Notes under the pieces: generated by a model | The model's database searches: none | What the model saw: the letters and a program-made list of their open reading frames with translations, nothing else | Told to the model about the DNA's origin: nothing | From: Fimbriosthenelais zetlandica | Taxonomy: Eukaryota | NCBI GenBank assembly: GCA_977030845.1 | Contig: OZ365115.1 | Coordinates: forward strand, 10,354,001-10,418,000 | DNA length: 64,000 nucleotides | Reading direction: 5' to 3' | Made by a program: the position numbers and the translations under genes | Shown here: positions 1 through 12,308 of the stretch, in pieces | How positions within the stretch are numbered: the first letter of the stretch is position 1 | Layout of the letters: the number at the start of each line of letters is the position of its first letter

Positions 1-1505
1 AGAACGACCAGTACATTTTAGAATGGAATGTTCTGTTCAGATCGTTTTCCATCACGTTAGATTCATTGTCCCTGTCAAACAGACCTATTTATCAGCGAAC
101 AAGTTGGGGAATTGTGGTGTGAGGCTGTTCATAGCCTTGAGGAGGCATGATTAGACCTATTGGTAGAGACAGAGATCGCCTAAAGAAATAACCGATGGCT
201 TCCATTTATAAAAATCATGTTGAAATTGAGACAATGAAATTTTCTCTCAACATTGAGTATCAATTAAATTGTCAGCCAATACATAATGTTATCTTTTCTT
301 AAAATACTGCTTCCAATGTTATGGTTACAAAGAGTGAATCCTTGGTCTGGTCTATTTATATTGGCCGACATGAGCTCAAACATCAACCGTATGTACACGT
401 ATACAGTGGGAAACTATAGATGGGGGAAATCAGGGAATGAGATAATAGGAGCAACATGGAAAGGTTTCTGATAGTACTTGCCATTGACAACACATTATAC
501 TGACAGACAATAATTACAAATTGGAAGAATAAGAAAGGCCGATGAAAAAAAATCTTATTCCCAACGCTAAATGAATTTAAAATATCAAGTCGATCGATAA
601 TTTACGTGCCATGCTGCTTCCTTTCATACACTTTTCTATCTTTATGTAGACGGTAAATTAGTCTTCCTTAAACAGTAAGGACTCCCTCATAGCATATCAT
701 TGCCTCCGTCTCAGATGAAAATAAAAGATTTTCATGATACGAGAATGCCTCTTGAGAACCGGGGAAGAGGAATGAAGCGGAAGGAGACATTAAAAATTGA
801 GGCATCAATACGCCTAGGAGTGTAATTAAGTATGAGCGAGAGGACAATGTGAAAAATTACTGATCCCAGCAGTGTAATTTGATATTTCATGACCATATCA
901 ATTACAGTACCAAATGAGTGCAATTACACCTTGGCTCCCCTACCTGGTGCATACTCTGCCGCCATCATATGCATTTGTCAAAGGAAGTCTTGCTCAAATT
1001 ACTCTGGCAAAGGATACTTAAGCAAAGCACTGTGATCATGAGGGGGCCCCAGAGAAGGAAGGCTTAAGGGGGAAGTGACATATATTCCATTGGGAACATC
1101 CCTTCCCTATAAGTTACACTTGGGTTCATTAGACATAGATGGTGGGAGAGCAAACATGAAGCCATTCATCAGAATGGAAAAAAGTAGCAAGTACATGACT
1201 CTGTCCACCAGAACCTAATTCTTATTAGAAGGCGGGAGTGGCAGCTTCCTATACAGCAGGCTGTGATTTGTGGGAGGGTTGACATGTAATGGTATGTGAA
1301 AAGAGCCACATGATTATCATGTTGTACCTCTTACAGTGTACATGTGCCATCATGCAGGGGGGAAACATTTCTGTGTTTGACCGAATAGGACCCAAATGAA
1401 GGGTTCCTGACTGCAAGCTACTCCAAATTCCAAATTTGAGAGTACACAAGTAACTCTGGCCTTCAAGGATTATTCATATTTCCTACCATTCATACATGTA
1501 AATAA

Positions 1506-2254
1506 AGCGGGGTCTCCACCTACCCCGACACACGTCCCGACAGCCTTCCCGTTACGTTGCCCGATACAAACGGTGTCGGCATTGGTTTTTGTCGGGCAGT
1601 TGAGACCAAGTCCCCGACACGGTTCCCGACGCACCGTCCGTGTCGGGAACACCCCGACGCGATTCAACATGTTGAATTTTCTTCACGACACGAAAGTGTA
1701 TCGGCGAGATCCCGATACACTTTTGGCAGTGGAGACTTGATTCCCGACACGAAATGGTCAATCCCGTTACAACCCCGATACAAATCCAAGATTGACCCTG
1801 ACCTCAGAGTTCCAGGCCGCCGGAAGTTGACCGTGACAACATCAACAAAGATGGTGAAACGCTGGGTAAAGTTCAGTGCTCCTGTCGGGAAAAGGGGAGT
1901 AGTTTATTTCTTATTAAAATGTCATTATTTTGGCAGGAGACCATTATAATAAAGATGGAACCGACCACGGCGGGTCCTTCTCGTTGTATGGGATGCTGGT
2001 TCGACTCCAGCCTACTTCAACCTCCATCTCGAAAAATGTAGATCTAGATACCGGTAAAAACGCGCACTGACCACCGCACTGACCGCCGTGCAAGAGCAGG
2101 TAGTCAGGGAGACGTAAAAAGAATGTCGGGGTCTTGAGACCACTATGACACGTTCCCGACATGATCCCGATACGATCCCGACACACATTTGTGTCGGGAG
2201 ATTTTGTATCGGGAATGAATCGGGATGTGTGTCGGGGTAGGTGGAGACCCCGCT
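1506..2254. mobile_element. Non-autonomous PIF/Harbinger-like MITE, 749 bp
   Basis: Perfect 28-bp TIR AGCGGGGTCTCCACCTACCCCGACACAC (1506-1533; reverse complement 2227-2254), extending further with one mismatch. TAA flanks both sides (1503-1505, 2255-2257), the 3-bp TWA TSD typical of PIF/Harbinger. About 20 internal CCCGA(C/T)AC-like motifs in both orientations. No transposase ORF recognised. Confidence 0.88.
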
Positions 2255-5200
2255 TAAACGTTTATTTCTGTCATTATAATATTATACGTCGCATTGTCCT
2301 TTGATCAACATGAATCATGGCTTATGAAACTATAGGCTAAGTTCAAAATCGGTTGAAAATGATATAAGACTTTTAGAGACTTTAAATGCCAACATATTGT
2401 ATATACCAGTGAGATATTATGTTGAATCCAATAATGCAGTCATCCATATCGAGGGATCCCCCTGGATTCTTTCGCAATCGAATCTCTCATAATAATATAC
2501 TGCAGCAAAGTAATCTAAAAATAGCCTGGGCAAACGCCGGATGTCTTCATTCTGACCTTGATCATGTGGTCATGTGAGGAGGGTGAAGGACAATGGCCGC
2601 TCCTTCAAGAGACAGCGGAGGGACATGCCTTTATTCCGTCTGCTCTTAATGAGCCGATAAGGATCAAAGCACTACCTGTATTCTGTTACTGCTCCAAGAT
2701 CCTTTGTGTCAATGGTAAATACTTGTCTTGGCCCCAGTACATACCAAGAGACATGTGGAAATTGAAGTGCACAACCCTGAATATGGGCAAAAAGAGCAAT
2801 AAGGCAAAACAGAATGTACTGAAAGAAAGTGGGCTAAGGGAATTATTTTAAGTACAGAGCGGAGGTGGAATTGGAAAAGAAAACAGTAGCAAAGGATCCA
2901 TGAGGAAGTCGGAGAGAAAGAAGAGCGAGGGCAAGATGAAAGTAATCAGTACTGTATTACTCGTAGTCAATAATAGACCATCACAAGCCATTAGGGTGGA
3001 TATGCAGGTATTGACAGTGAGGGGTAAAGCTTGTCATGTGGTGTAGTTTCTGCCCCCCTGTCTTTGATGTGGGAACTTAGTTTATCTTTGATGCTCTATC
3101 TGAGGATCGAAGTAGGCTTAAACGAGTGATGAGCAAGTTCTTACATACATCTCCATCCTCCATCCCCAGATCATCAAGAAAATGATGTTATTTCTATTTT
3201 TAGTATAAATTATGATCTAATAATTAATTTGAGAGAAAAATTGGATGACTAAGTGTGAGGCAAAGCCATAAAACTTAAATTTGACAATGAAGTGTCAAAC
3301 TGACGTGTCACAATGTCACCAAGACAAGGTATGAAGGAGAGAATTTGAAAGAAAGAAAAGGAAATGATGACCTTGAAAGTAGATGAAGTGTTTACGCCTC
3401 GTTGGCTGGTCTCCAGGCCTGAAGCTTAGATCAATGACTTCCTGGATTCCTAGAAGTACTGCTGGTCTCCATGGAAGGTCACCCGGGTCACCCCCACCTC
3501 AAACTGTCCCCTCCTGACCCTGACTGGCCCTGCATTAAGTCCACTCTGCTGACCGCCAGAGGCAGCACACATCACAGGAAGTGACCCCTGTGGACAGCCT
3601 TCCAACTCCGACAGGCCCAATGCAGCTTGGGAAATAATGGGAAGGACATGTGAGCGATAATAGAGGGACTACCGCTATTGGCATGAATTGGTGACAAATA
3701 GCATCAATAGTTTTATTGAATTATTGATGTTTGAACCCAACTCAAAGTTGAATGAGGGCTTTTCTCCTTGCTTTGTATCAGAGTCGATGAATGTTGCTGA
3801 GGGAATAGGTTTTATTTCCAGCAATTGTTAGATATGCACAGACGAAGCAGGAATAAGCTTAGTCAAAAGATTTGCAGAGCAGAGCATGTGACCAAGTGGC
3901 CAATAAGTGCATACATGTACAGCTTTTGCCACAATACTGAATTTACTAGGCTCGAAAATGTCAGAAAAACTGCTGTTGGAAGCCTTACAACCGTACATTA
4001 GTTGAAGGACCTTTTGTATTTTTTATCAGCGTATTTCTGCTGAATGTGTTGATCAGAAGGTTTGATCTGAGAAACAAGTTCCAGTTCAGGTAAAACCTGG
4101 CTCAACCTCTGACCATTCATCAATAAGTGTTCCTTCCCTGTACGCGGGAGGGCGAACACTAATGGCCAGGCTAATTTCATATACTGCAGTTCTTCCTAAT
4201 TGTGTATATATACGTACACTTTCATACATTTAAAAGCTCTAAAACATCGCAGTTCTCTGGAATTGGCAGTAAAAACTATGTAAGAACTGTACGAAAGATA
4301 GTGATGAACCAATTAATCTGTAAACAACTGCCAAGAAATTCACACTGATCAAAATATTTAACTAGGTAAAAGAAAGAAATAGTTTAAGGTTCAAACTCTA
4401 AATTGGAACGGATTACCTAATGATATAATTTCACTGAAACGTATTTACGCTAGGAGAAGAACTTTATATATAGTTAATGGAAAGGAATAGGCACCCATAC
4501 AAACTGCCACAGAAGGCTAAGCCCATTCAAGTTTTCATTGACTTACTGGCTAACATATATCAGGGTGAAGCACCAGTCAGTGACAGGTGACTAAAGGAAT
4601 CAGGTGTCCTCCACGTGATTGCCTGTCACCATCTATGTGAGGAACAGTGTAAATGGGTTATACTGCCCAAACCTAAGAGTGTAATAAAGGTTGTGGGTTT
4701 GTGACTAAGCAAGTTAGAGGATAGCATGGAGGCTGTTGTAATCAGTGGACAAATTAAACTTGGGTGGGTGGAAACATGAGATAATCCCGTGCATGAGGTT
4801 GAATTTATTTTAGTCTGAATTATGACTATATATTTTCTATATAATTATATATACCTATATGCAAAGAGTAGTATTTCTCTGTACATTTAAACTGTGAATA
4901 ATGATATGATACTTAAATTCTGCTGTATCTACATGTATGCAGGACTCTAAAAGGACAGTGAATCAAAATGTCCATGTAAGGATTTGAAATCGGACACCTT
5001 TGGTTCAGATGCCCTTTACTGAACATGACATTTAGCAGGTTTCTTCTTGTAGGTCATGAATTCATGACTGACGATCAGAATAATATGATTCCAATGACCT
5101 TTAATAACGAAAGGGATATCTAGTTATGAATACAGGCAACAGAGGGACATATATCATAGGGAAAGAGGCTGAAATGAGATGTATATGGAGGAATGAGCTT

Positions 5201-7259
5201 GTTTGTGGACTGGAGTGTGGATTAGCGGTGGATTGTCCTCCTCCAGGGTGAAGGATTAGTGAAGCCCTGGAGGGAGTGGAGGTGAGACTAGACCCTTCAT
5301 CAGCCATGACAACATAGGCCTGTTTCACCACTGGAACAACTCCAGCAAATTCCTAAACACCTGTTTCACTTGTCTAACTACATATAAGTAGTACATTTTA
5401 CTTTCTCAATGGTTTTAATTATACATGGCAATGTACAGTACAATGATTAGAGAATAGAGCACGATTTGACATATCTTCGGCCTCTGATATTAAATTCCAT
5501 AGAGCGCTCATGAAGCCCTAATATCAATGTGTTTTTATCTTTAGTACGGCTTTGACAAAGAAATCATAGAATTAGAGCACAGAAAGCAGAGGCAGAGGGG
5601 TTGGAGTGTACTACATGTAATTAAGATTCAGCTACAACATGTCTAATGCACATGGAGAAATACTGAATATCTCTCCATGCAGTTCTCTATAGCACATCCC
5701 TTACTTAAGAAGCCTCTATAGTATGAAGTTTTCTCATAGATTTTCAGACCATCAAACAGAGTGTCTGAATCCTTTAAAATTGAAGTAGGAATGACAGATC
5801 AGGGAATTTACGTGGCTCTCTGCATGATTTGAATGATGAAGGATCGCCCTCCTCATCTTCGGTATAGTTGCCGACAGATGAATTCCGACAATGTCTTTAT
5901 GCTCAATCAATATCTGCCTGGATTACTCAGCAAATATGCTGCCTCACAATTATTTCACAATCATACCATGTCAACACACTTTTCAATTACATTTCTCCCA
6001 CAAATTCCAGCACACAGAATGGGAGGACAAATCGAGGCCTACATGAATAGTCTTATTGGATTAGCGTGCTGAAATTAAGTAGCTACAAAAACTTTTGCCC
6101 CAGTGACTAGAGTAACTTTTGCATGGAGTAAAGTTGAGCCTGGATTCAGATTGATTTGTGAAGGGGAAGTCATGGTGATTGTCGTGTGATTTGAGTTCTG
6201 GGCTACTTGGAATCAGAGAGGAAATAATGGTTTGTGTACTTTTCTGAGCTCAACTGAGCAAGCATTATGGTTTTATGGAACCTAATTTTTTTCAACTCAT
6301 GAAAAGTGACTATACCAAGAGATTTCACGTCAGTTCCACATATGAAACTGCCTTGATTAATAGTATTTTAAAGCCAAATTATTAGCTACAAAATATTAGG
6401 TAATGACTGCATCGATAAAATACTATTAAATTAAATTCATCAACTTAGGCCTAACTAATGGAATAATAATGATTTACTAATGTACCCGTTTATCTCAAAT
6501 ATCCTTATAGAAAGACTGTGTAAAAAAAGTTATATGCAATGATGAAGGTAGTGAATGTAGAAAGGGGGATTTCTTTTATACTTTAGAAAAGAATATAAAT
6601 CAATATGACCAACACTTTGTCCCAATGATCAAAGCACACTTCTTCTCTCAGAGAACAACGCTGCATTAGACAGGGGAATGAAAACGGTGTCGGAAGAAAA
6701 TAAATACTCCACCCATTCCATGCTTTCTAGCAAGTAATACTCCCACCGCCTTTAATTAGAACACACCTCAAGCTCCCTATCACATTTAATTAATTTCATT
6801 CTCTGATAAACTACAAGCGATTGAATAAAAGAGAAAAGAAATCTTTCAGAATTTAATGCTCGAACACGTGATATATTCTCTAAAAGTCCCATGAACAGGA
6901 AATGTTTTGTTAGCTTTAGTTCTTGTGTTCCCCCTTTTTACATCAGTTAAAGAGAAGTGTTAACTCAATTTTCCTCATGTTTGGTGTTGTTTAAAAGTTA
7001 CAATTGACACTGTTTGGACTGCTGTAGTTAACAGTAAACATGTCAAACTATGCGTGCAACACAGAAAACAAAATATTTGTTTGATACGTTCCGGTAGCAC
7101 GAGATGGTTCAAGATTGCTCCGTTCCAAACATGTTGAGTTAGTTAGATCTGATGAATTATCTGCCAGTTATCTTTTTGCAAGAAATATCTCTTGAGAAAT
7201 TAGCTATATTCGATAAGATTCTATTAGAGTAGAAATTGAACCTATTTATCGAGGTATAT

Positions 7260-7660
7260 GGGTCCAGCTAACTTCCTTGGCGGGACCTTTATTATAGGGC
7301 TATCCACACATGTGCCAAGTACACATATAGGTTTCCCCTGAAGAAAAGAAGGCTATATCCAAGCAGCTGGTCCTAAGTTAAGGATCACCTTTTTAAATTG
7401 GATCCATCTACACGTATTACATGGACATTACCACCACTGTGGAGAATGCCTCCTTTTGGACAGACATATGTAACTGAAGGGGAAAAATCCCTTCCTCAGA
7501 CGCAAACATTTCTCACTACTTCTGACATAATCCATTCTTCCCATCCCACAGTCGATCCACTTCATCAGAAGCTATCCTGCCCTTGAACCACCACTCGATC
7601 ACTCCTCTTGTTAACCCAGGATGGCAACACCCCACTTCAAACACACCTCAATCTATACTA
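7260..7660 (+). mobile_element. Possible decayed non-LTR retrotransposon endonuclease (APE) fragment
   Basis: One frame with several stops: IGSIY...SFWTDI...DANISH..HNPF...LVNPGW.HPT...SIL, reminiscent of the spacing of APE motifs. Weak. Confidence 0.2.
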
Positions 7661-9183
7661 CCCTAATACCAAGTCCCCACCATACATAGTCTATATATAG
7701 TAAGGCCTCCAGGGAGTGGAGCTTTGCTATGGGAACAGGTACCAAGAGATGCGGTCTGGTATAGGGGGACTTTGCCCTTAAGGTGCTAAGCAAAACAGAT
7801 TAAGAAGATAACTGTGCTTATGAATACCAAGCAGTTTGCCCTAAAGACATTATAGATCCATGGATATAACTTTGATGAACTTTCCTATTAGAAGTAGATA
7901 AACATTATTTTGTCGGGGTATGTATCAGTATAGGTCAATTAGATGCTGCATATGGCGAGAGATTATACGTAAGTTGAAGGGTTGTTGTCCGCGTCGGTGA
8001 CTAAAATATAGTTAGACCACTCACAAATCTGCATGGCGAATCGAGGGAAGACTCTCGAAAAGAGTTTCAGCTTTGAAACCATTTGATATTGTCAGATGGC
8101 AAGCGATGTGTCGCTAGGATTTTTCGGCAATTATAGTTGCAGATCGTGGTCAGACATCGCAATGTGACTATACAACGTATACCATAATTGTGTGTCTAGG
8201 ATTCTGCATGATAGATTTCTCATTCTTTTGCAGATAGAAAATTAGAGAGCGTTGCTTGCTAGCCAATACTAACAAGGCTTTACGTTACAATGGTGATTAA
8301 GGCAGGCAGGGGATAATTAGCCTCCCTCTCCGAACAAGACACGGCCCCTGTCGACAGACAGCCGCACTAGGCAACTATGGCAGATGCTGAGCTGGCTATC
8401 TCTGGCATTTTTCCCCGTGTCTCCCTCTTGCATTGGGTAGCTTTATACTTTTTCTTCTGGAAACTCTTTTGTCATACAGAATAATTCTTGTTGATTTATC
8501 TCCACATACTTTTCCGATGTTGTTTTACTCAAATGTAGCTTGCATCTGGTACCAGTTTCAACTTACTGTAACTATTTGACACCCCACATTATTTTTATAG
8601 GCACATGTATTTATATAACATATAGCTTTTTCTCTCCGTTATTCTGTCACGGTCGATTGACCAGTTGCATCCTGAACATTGTTTTGAACAGATAGAATGA
8701 AAAATGATTAAGATATGTCTAGCTGTTAAATAATCGGTAAGACATGACTTTTGTCAAATAGTAGGAATTATGCCGATACTCAATGGCTGGAAAGCTGTTG
8801 GATTCTCTTGCCAGGGGCTTGTTGGTGGTGGCTGGTGGAAGATAGCTAGGGATTAGTGACTAGTCTTCGCACGAGCAGGAACATAGAGGGATGGGCAATG
8901 TTCACTGATAAGGAAAGAAATCAATGCTTTTTGCCTTAGTACCCCTACCACCCTGTCACAGCCACCAGGCAGTTTTACAAGATCTCGTAATCTTATCTCA
9001 TGCCTATCTCTGTCCTTAAGCCATCCGAGTCTCAGAAATCTTACTTTTGCATATCATGTATTTTCCTGAATGTGTTTGACATGGGTGATGTTGTACGAGA
9101 GGTCTTCCATTGAGTGTTCAGGGCAAAGAAAAAAGTAACGGATTTACAGGGTTTCCACTACTGATCTAGATAGCCTTTTCCAG

Positions 9184-9292
9184 ATTTTGGCATAGACCAT
9201 CTGCCAAAGTTTGCTGGGATGGGCTGTACACATTTCGATGACGTCATCGATTTGGGGGCCCAGTTTAAATGGCATTATACACGAGGTCCTTG
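9184..9292 (+). CDS. Candidate internal exon (phase 1/2): (D)FGIDHLPKFAGMGCTHFDDVIDLGAQFKWHYTRGP(W/C)
   Basis: gccttttccag|AT ... CCTTG|gtgagc; 109 nt open; globular-protein-like composition; family not recognised. Confidence 0.5.
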
Positions 9293-10309
9293 GTGAGCGA
9301 AATATATGTACACCGCACCCTTCAATTATGTGTGGATAATCCCTAAAGCAAGACATACCAAATCTCTTATTGGATGACTAAGAATGTCTGGCTTATGTCT
9401 ATATTTAGTTAGGATCCCCTATTGTCAGAGTGGGTTGTACATGTATTGGATTTTGACATGCTTAAGGGTTACTGCATATATATAGGGAAGTTTATGATGT
9501 CATATAGGCCCAAAGCGATATAATATGCAGCTGGAAACATCCAAAGGTCAACAACAATAGCCTATATATCATCGAAATTATTCTACTATTCTGCCGGTAA
9601 ACACCGAATGCCTTTCAGACAGGTATTTTTCGTGGCAGGAAAAGAAGAAAATTCATAAAAAACAAGTGAAACCATTCCAAATGACATTAAGTTTTTAGGA
9701 AATAATTCAATTAAGTATTGAGCTAGTAATAGATAAATGGCCATGCATCAAGGTCCGACAGAACGCTGACAAATTTGATTAAGACAAAAAGGTTTTATCT
9801 GGATTCTATTTCCAGAAACGCAGTAATTTGATCTGCTTTTCATGGGCACTGATTCAAAATCCATCATATTCAATTACAGAGGCGGAGGAGAGGGCAGTCT
9901 GACAATGAGCTGTGACAGCTTCTCTGAGATTATCAAGACGCCGAGAGGTCTAGAAAGAAAAACGATCATATTGCCATAGAAATAAAATCTACAGCTATTT
10001 TTCACTGGCAAGAATCATTAGTCAATGGTCTACAGTTGTTCTACGGGATGTCTACAAATTTTCAGAAATATTTAATATAATTTTATCCCTTCAGTTACCC
10101 AACCTCTTTTGAAAATAATGCAGCAATCTCATTACAATATCCTGTAAATATAAAAGATACATTTAAAGTATGCATGATGAAGAAATACGACACCTCCAAT
10201 GTCTTTAAGCCTCAAGTGAAGTGTATCTGGACAGTAAAGCTGACACCGGCTTCTCACATGTGACACCCTGGATTAATCCCCACCCGACTCTAACCCATCC
10301 ATCTATCAG

Positions 10310-10395
10310 ACCAAGATGAATCAGCTGAGGTGACATCTTTACTTAGGTCACTCTTTGCAAGAAGAAAATTAAGCATCATGCAGGAAGAACAGATG
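10310..10395 (+). CDS. Candidate exon (phase 1/0): (D)QDESAEVTSLLRSLFARRKLSIMQEEQM
   Basis: ccatctatcag|AC ... ATG|gttagt; 86 nt open. Not phase-compatible with 9184-9292 without an intervening exon. Confidence 0.3.
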
Positions 10396-12229
10396 GTTAG
10401 TGTGACCATATTTCTGACATTAATGGTCCACGATGTATACAGTATAATTGATTATACATATTATGTATTCATCTTGAAATGTAGAGGGTTTGTATAAAGG
10501 AATGTCCATGGAATGACTATTCTATATCGGTTATGAGTGATTGACGTTTCTGGGTACATTAATGACTGTCTTATCCAGGGGTGTCAACTCCTGACACTTG
10601 TGTAGAAGGTAGAAGCTAAGCATCTTCAATCAGGGTAAAAATGGGAGGGCAGGAATGAGGACCGTTGAGGTAGTTCGATATGTTGAACTCTACATGCCGA
10701 AGCTGGTGTAATTTATGTTCTCGGGTGTGTGAGGGGATGTTTTAGAGTAGGGAGTGTACCATATCATTCATCATCTAATAAGTGGCTTTTCCATTAATCT
10801 CATCTAACGCTCTGTAACGACAAGCGATAGAACGACAAGTAACAGTACTGAGTATACACGTAGAACTTGCTGACCTGAAAATTGGATATCACAAAATGTA
10901 TCCATTTCAGCAATGTACAATACTAAGTACACTTTCTTTGTTATTTTCATATTCGAATCTCAGACGACTATACCATGATTGCACCTATTTTCGTCAATAC
11001 CTCATCATTTCCATGCACTGCATTCACCATTGCAAGACCTGAATATTGATTCCATATCTCCGCTTGAGCCTTTGTGCCCCTCCTCCAGGTCTTCACAGGT
11101 TTTCAATGTGAGACGTGTCGGAGAGAATGCCAAAGCTCAAAATCCCATGTTTGAACTTTGAAGGTAAATATTGGTCCAGAATCTAGTGCTACCTGCATCA
11201 CAGCATCATGTCAGGTGTGAACGATGCAAGAGTTCAGGTAAGGTCGCTAAGAATTCTTGTCAGATGTAAAAGGCACAATTCCTAGCTTTAAGTATATATA
11301 CTGATCCAGGCCTGCTCGGCCTTCTTTTAGTCCTGGAATCGTTATATAACAATGGTTAAAATCCGAAGTTGCAAAGCTAACAATTTGCAGTTTGTATTGC
11401 ACGATCATTACTTGAAGCCAGAGCTATAATTATAATACATTTCATTTGAAGTGATTTAAAAACCTCAAAAAGGCTAAATGCAAAACATATCCAGAATTTG
11501 ATCAAGTCTATCCTCGTCGCTATAGAGTCATTTATTATGAGGTCGTAAGTACCTATAATCCCCTTTGAAGAGTGTGCCAATTATGCGCATACTTCAGTCC
11601 ATATCCATATGAATCTGGTCGGCTTGTCGTACATGGAACGCAGTGGCCCAAGGCCACTAACTGGCATCGCTATGTACACGTATTCAGATTCTATCTTAAA
11701 GAGCAGAACAAAATGTCTGATAATGGTCGTGTACCGACTGCTAGCAAATATATATATACATTAGTGAATTAGTAGTCCTGATTGAACTAATTGACCAACT
11801 ATTACAGAGAGCCAGGGTCAGTTAGGACAAAAATATAGATGGCAACACATTAGTTCCGGGTTTGTTCTTGCAGTCTGTAAGCTCATTTAGGACGGCTCTA
11901 GCAGCATCCTTTTTGCGAACTCCCACTTATTTTAGCTGTTTTTCATGTAACTATTACCTTACCTTGTATGTCCCTTTACTTCCAGACACTATTTATTCTT
12001 TTGGATATATTGGGAGTCTTGCTCCCGTCTATGTTTCAGAGGGAATACCCAGATCAGTTCAGTGTGTGACTTGTAAACTAACATAGCCACCGGAACCATG
12101 CATCACAAGCTCCAATCAAACCCACAAGTTCATCTTCCTTTACCACTGAAAATCTGCCCCATCAGATTGTGGCTGCCTGCAGCATCACAAATCAGAAGAG
12201 CTTGTCCTTCCTGATTGGGGTTAACTCAC

Positions 12230-12308
12230 TCGATGAGTTAGAACTCCGGGATCAAATGTCAGTCTGGGTTTGTCTGAAGGTAATTTGGATGGTCCAAGGC
12301 CTGGGCCG
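12230..12308 (-). CDS. Candidate exon (phase 2/0): GPGLGPSKLPSDKPRLTFDPGVLTHR
   Basis: aatttgcttgtag|C ... CGA|gtgagt; 79 nt open. Confidence 0.3.

Noticed and set aside
1557-1949. 130-aa plus-strand ORF and overlapping minus ORFs
   Set aside because: Lie inside the MITE; stop-poor because of the GC-rich repeated motif; no transposase or Myb features.
1990-2012. GGTTCGACTCC tRNA B-box
   Set aside because: No A-box or cloverleaf; not a tRNA or a clear SINE.
5290-5330. Minus-strand GAAA ... GTC ... CTGATGA hammerhead-like core
   Set aside because: Only 4 nt are available for stem I; it cannot fold as a hammerhead.
10260-10590. hAT-like CAGGGGTGTCAAC and TGACACCCTG pair
   Set aside because: The motifs face outward rather than inward, and no TSD is present.
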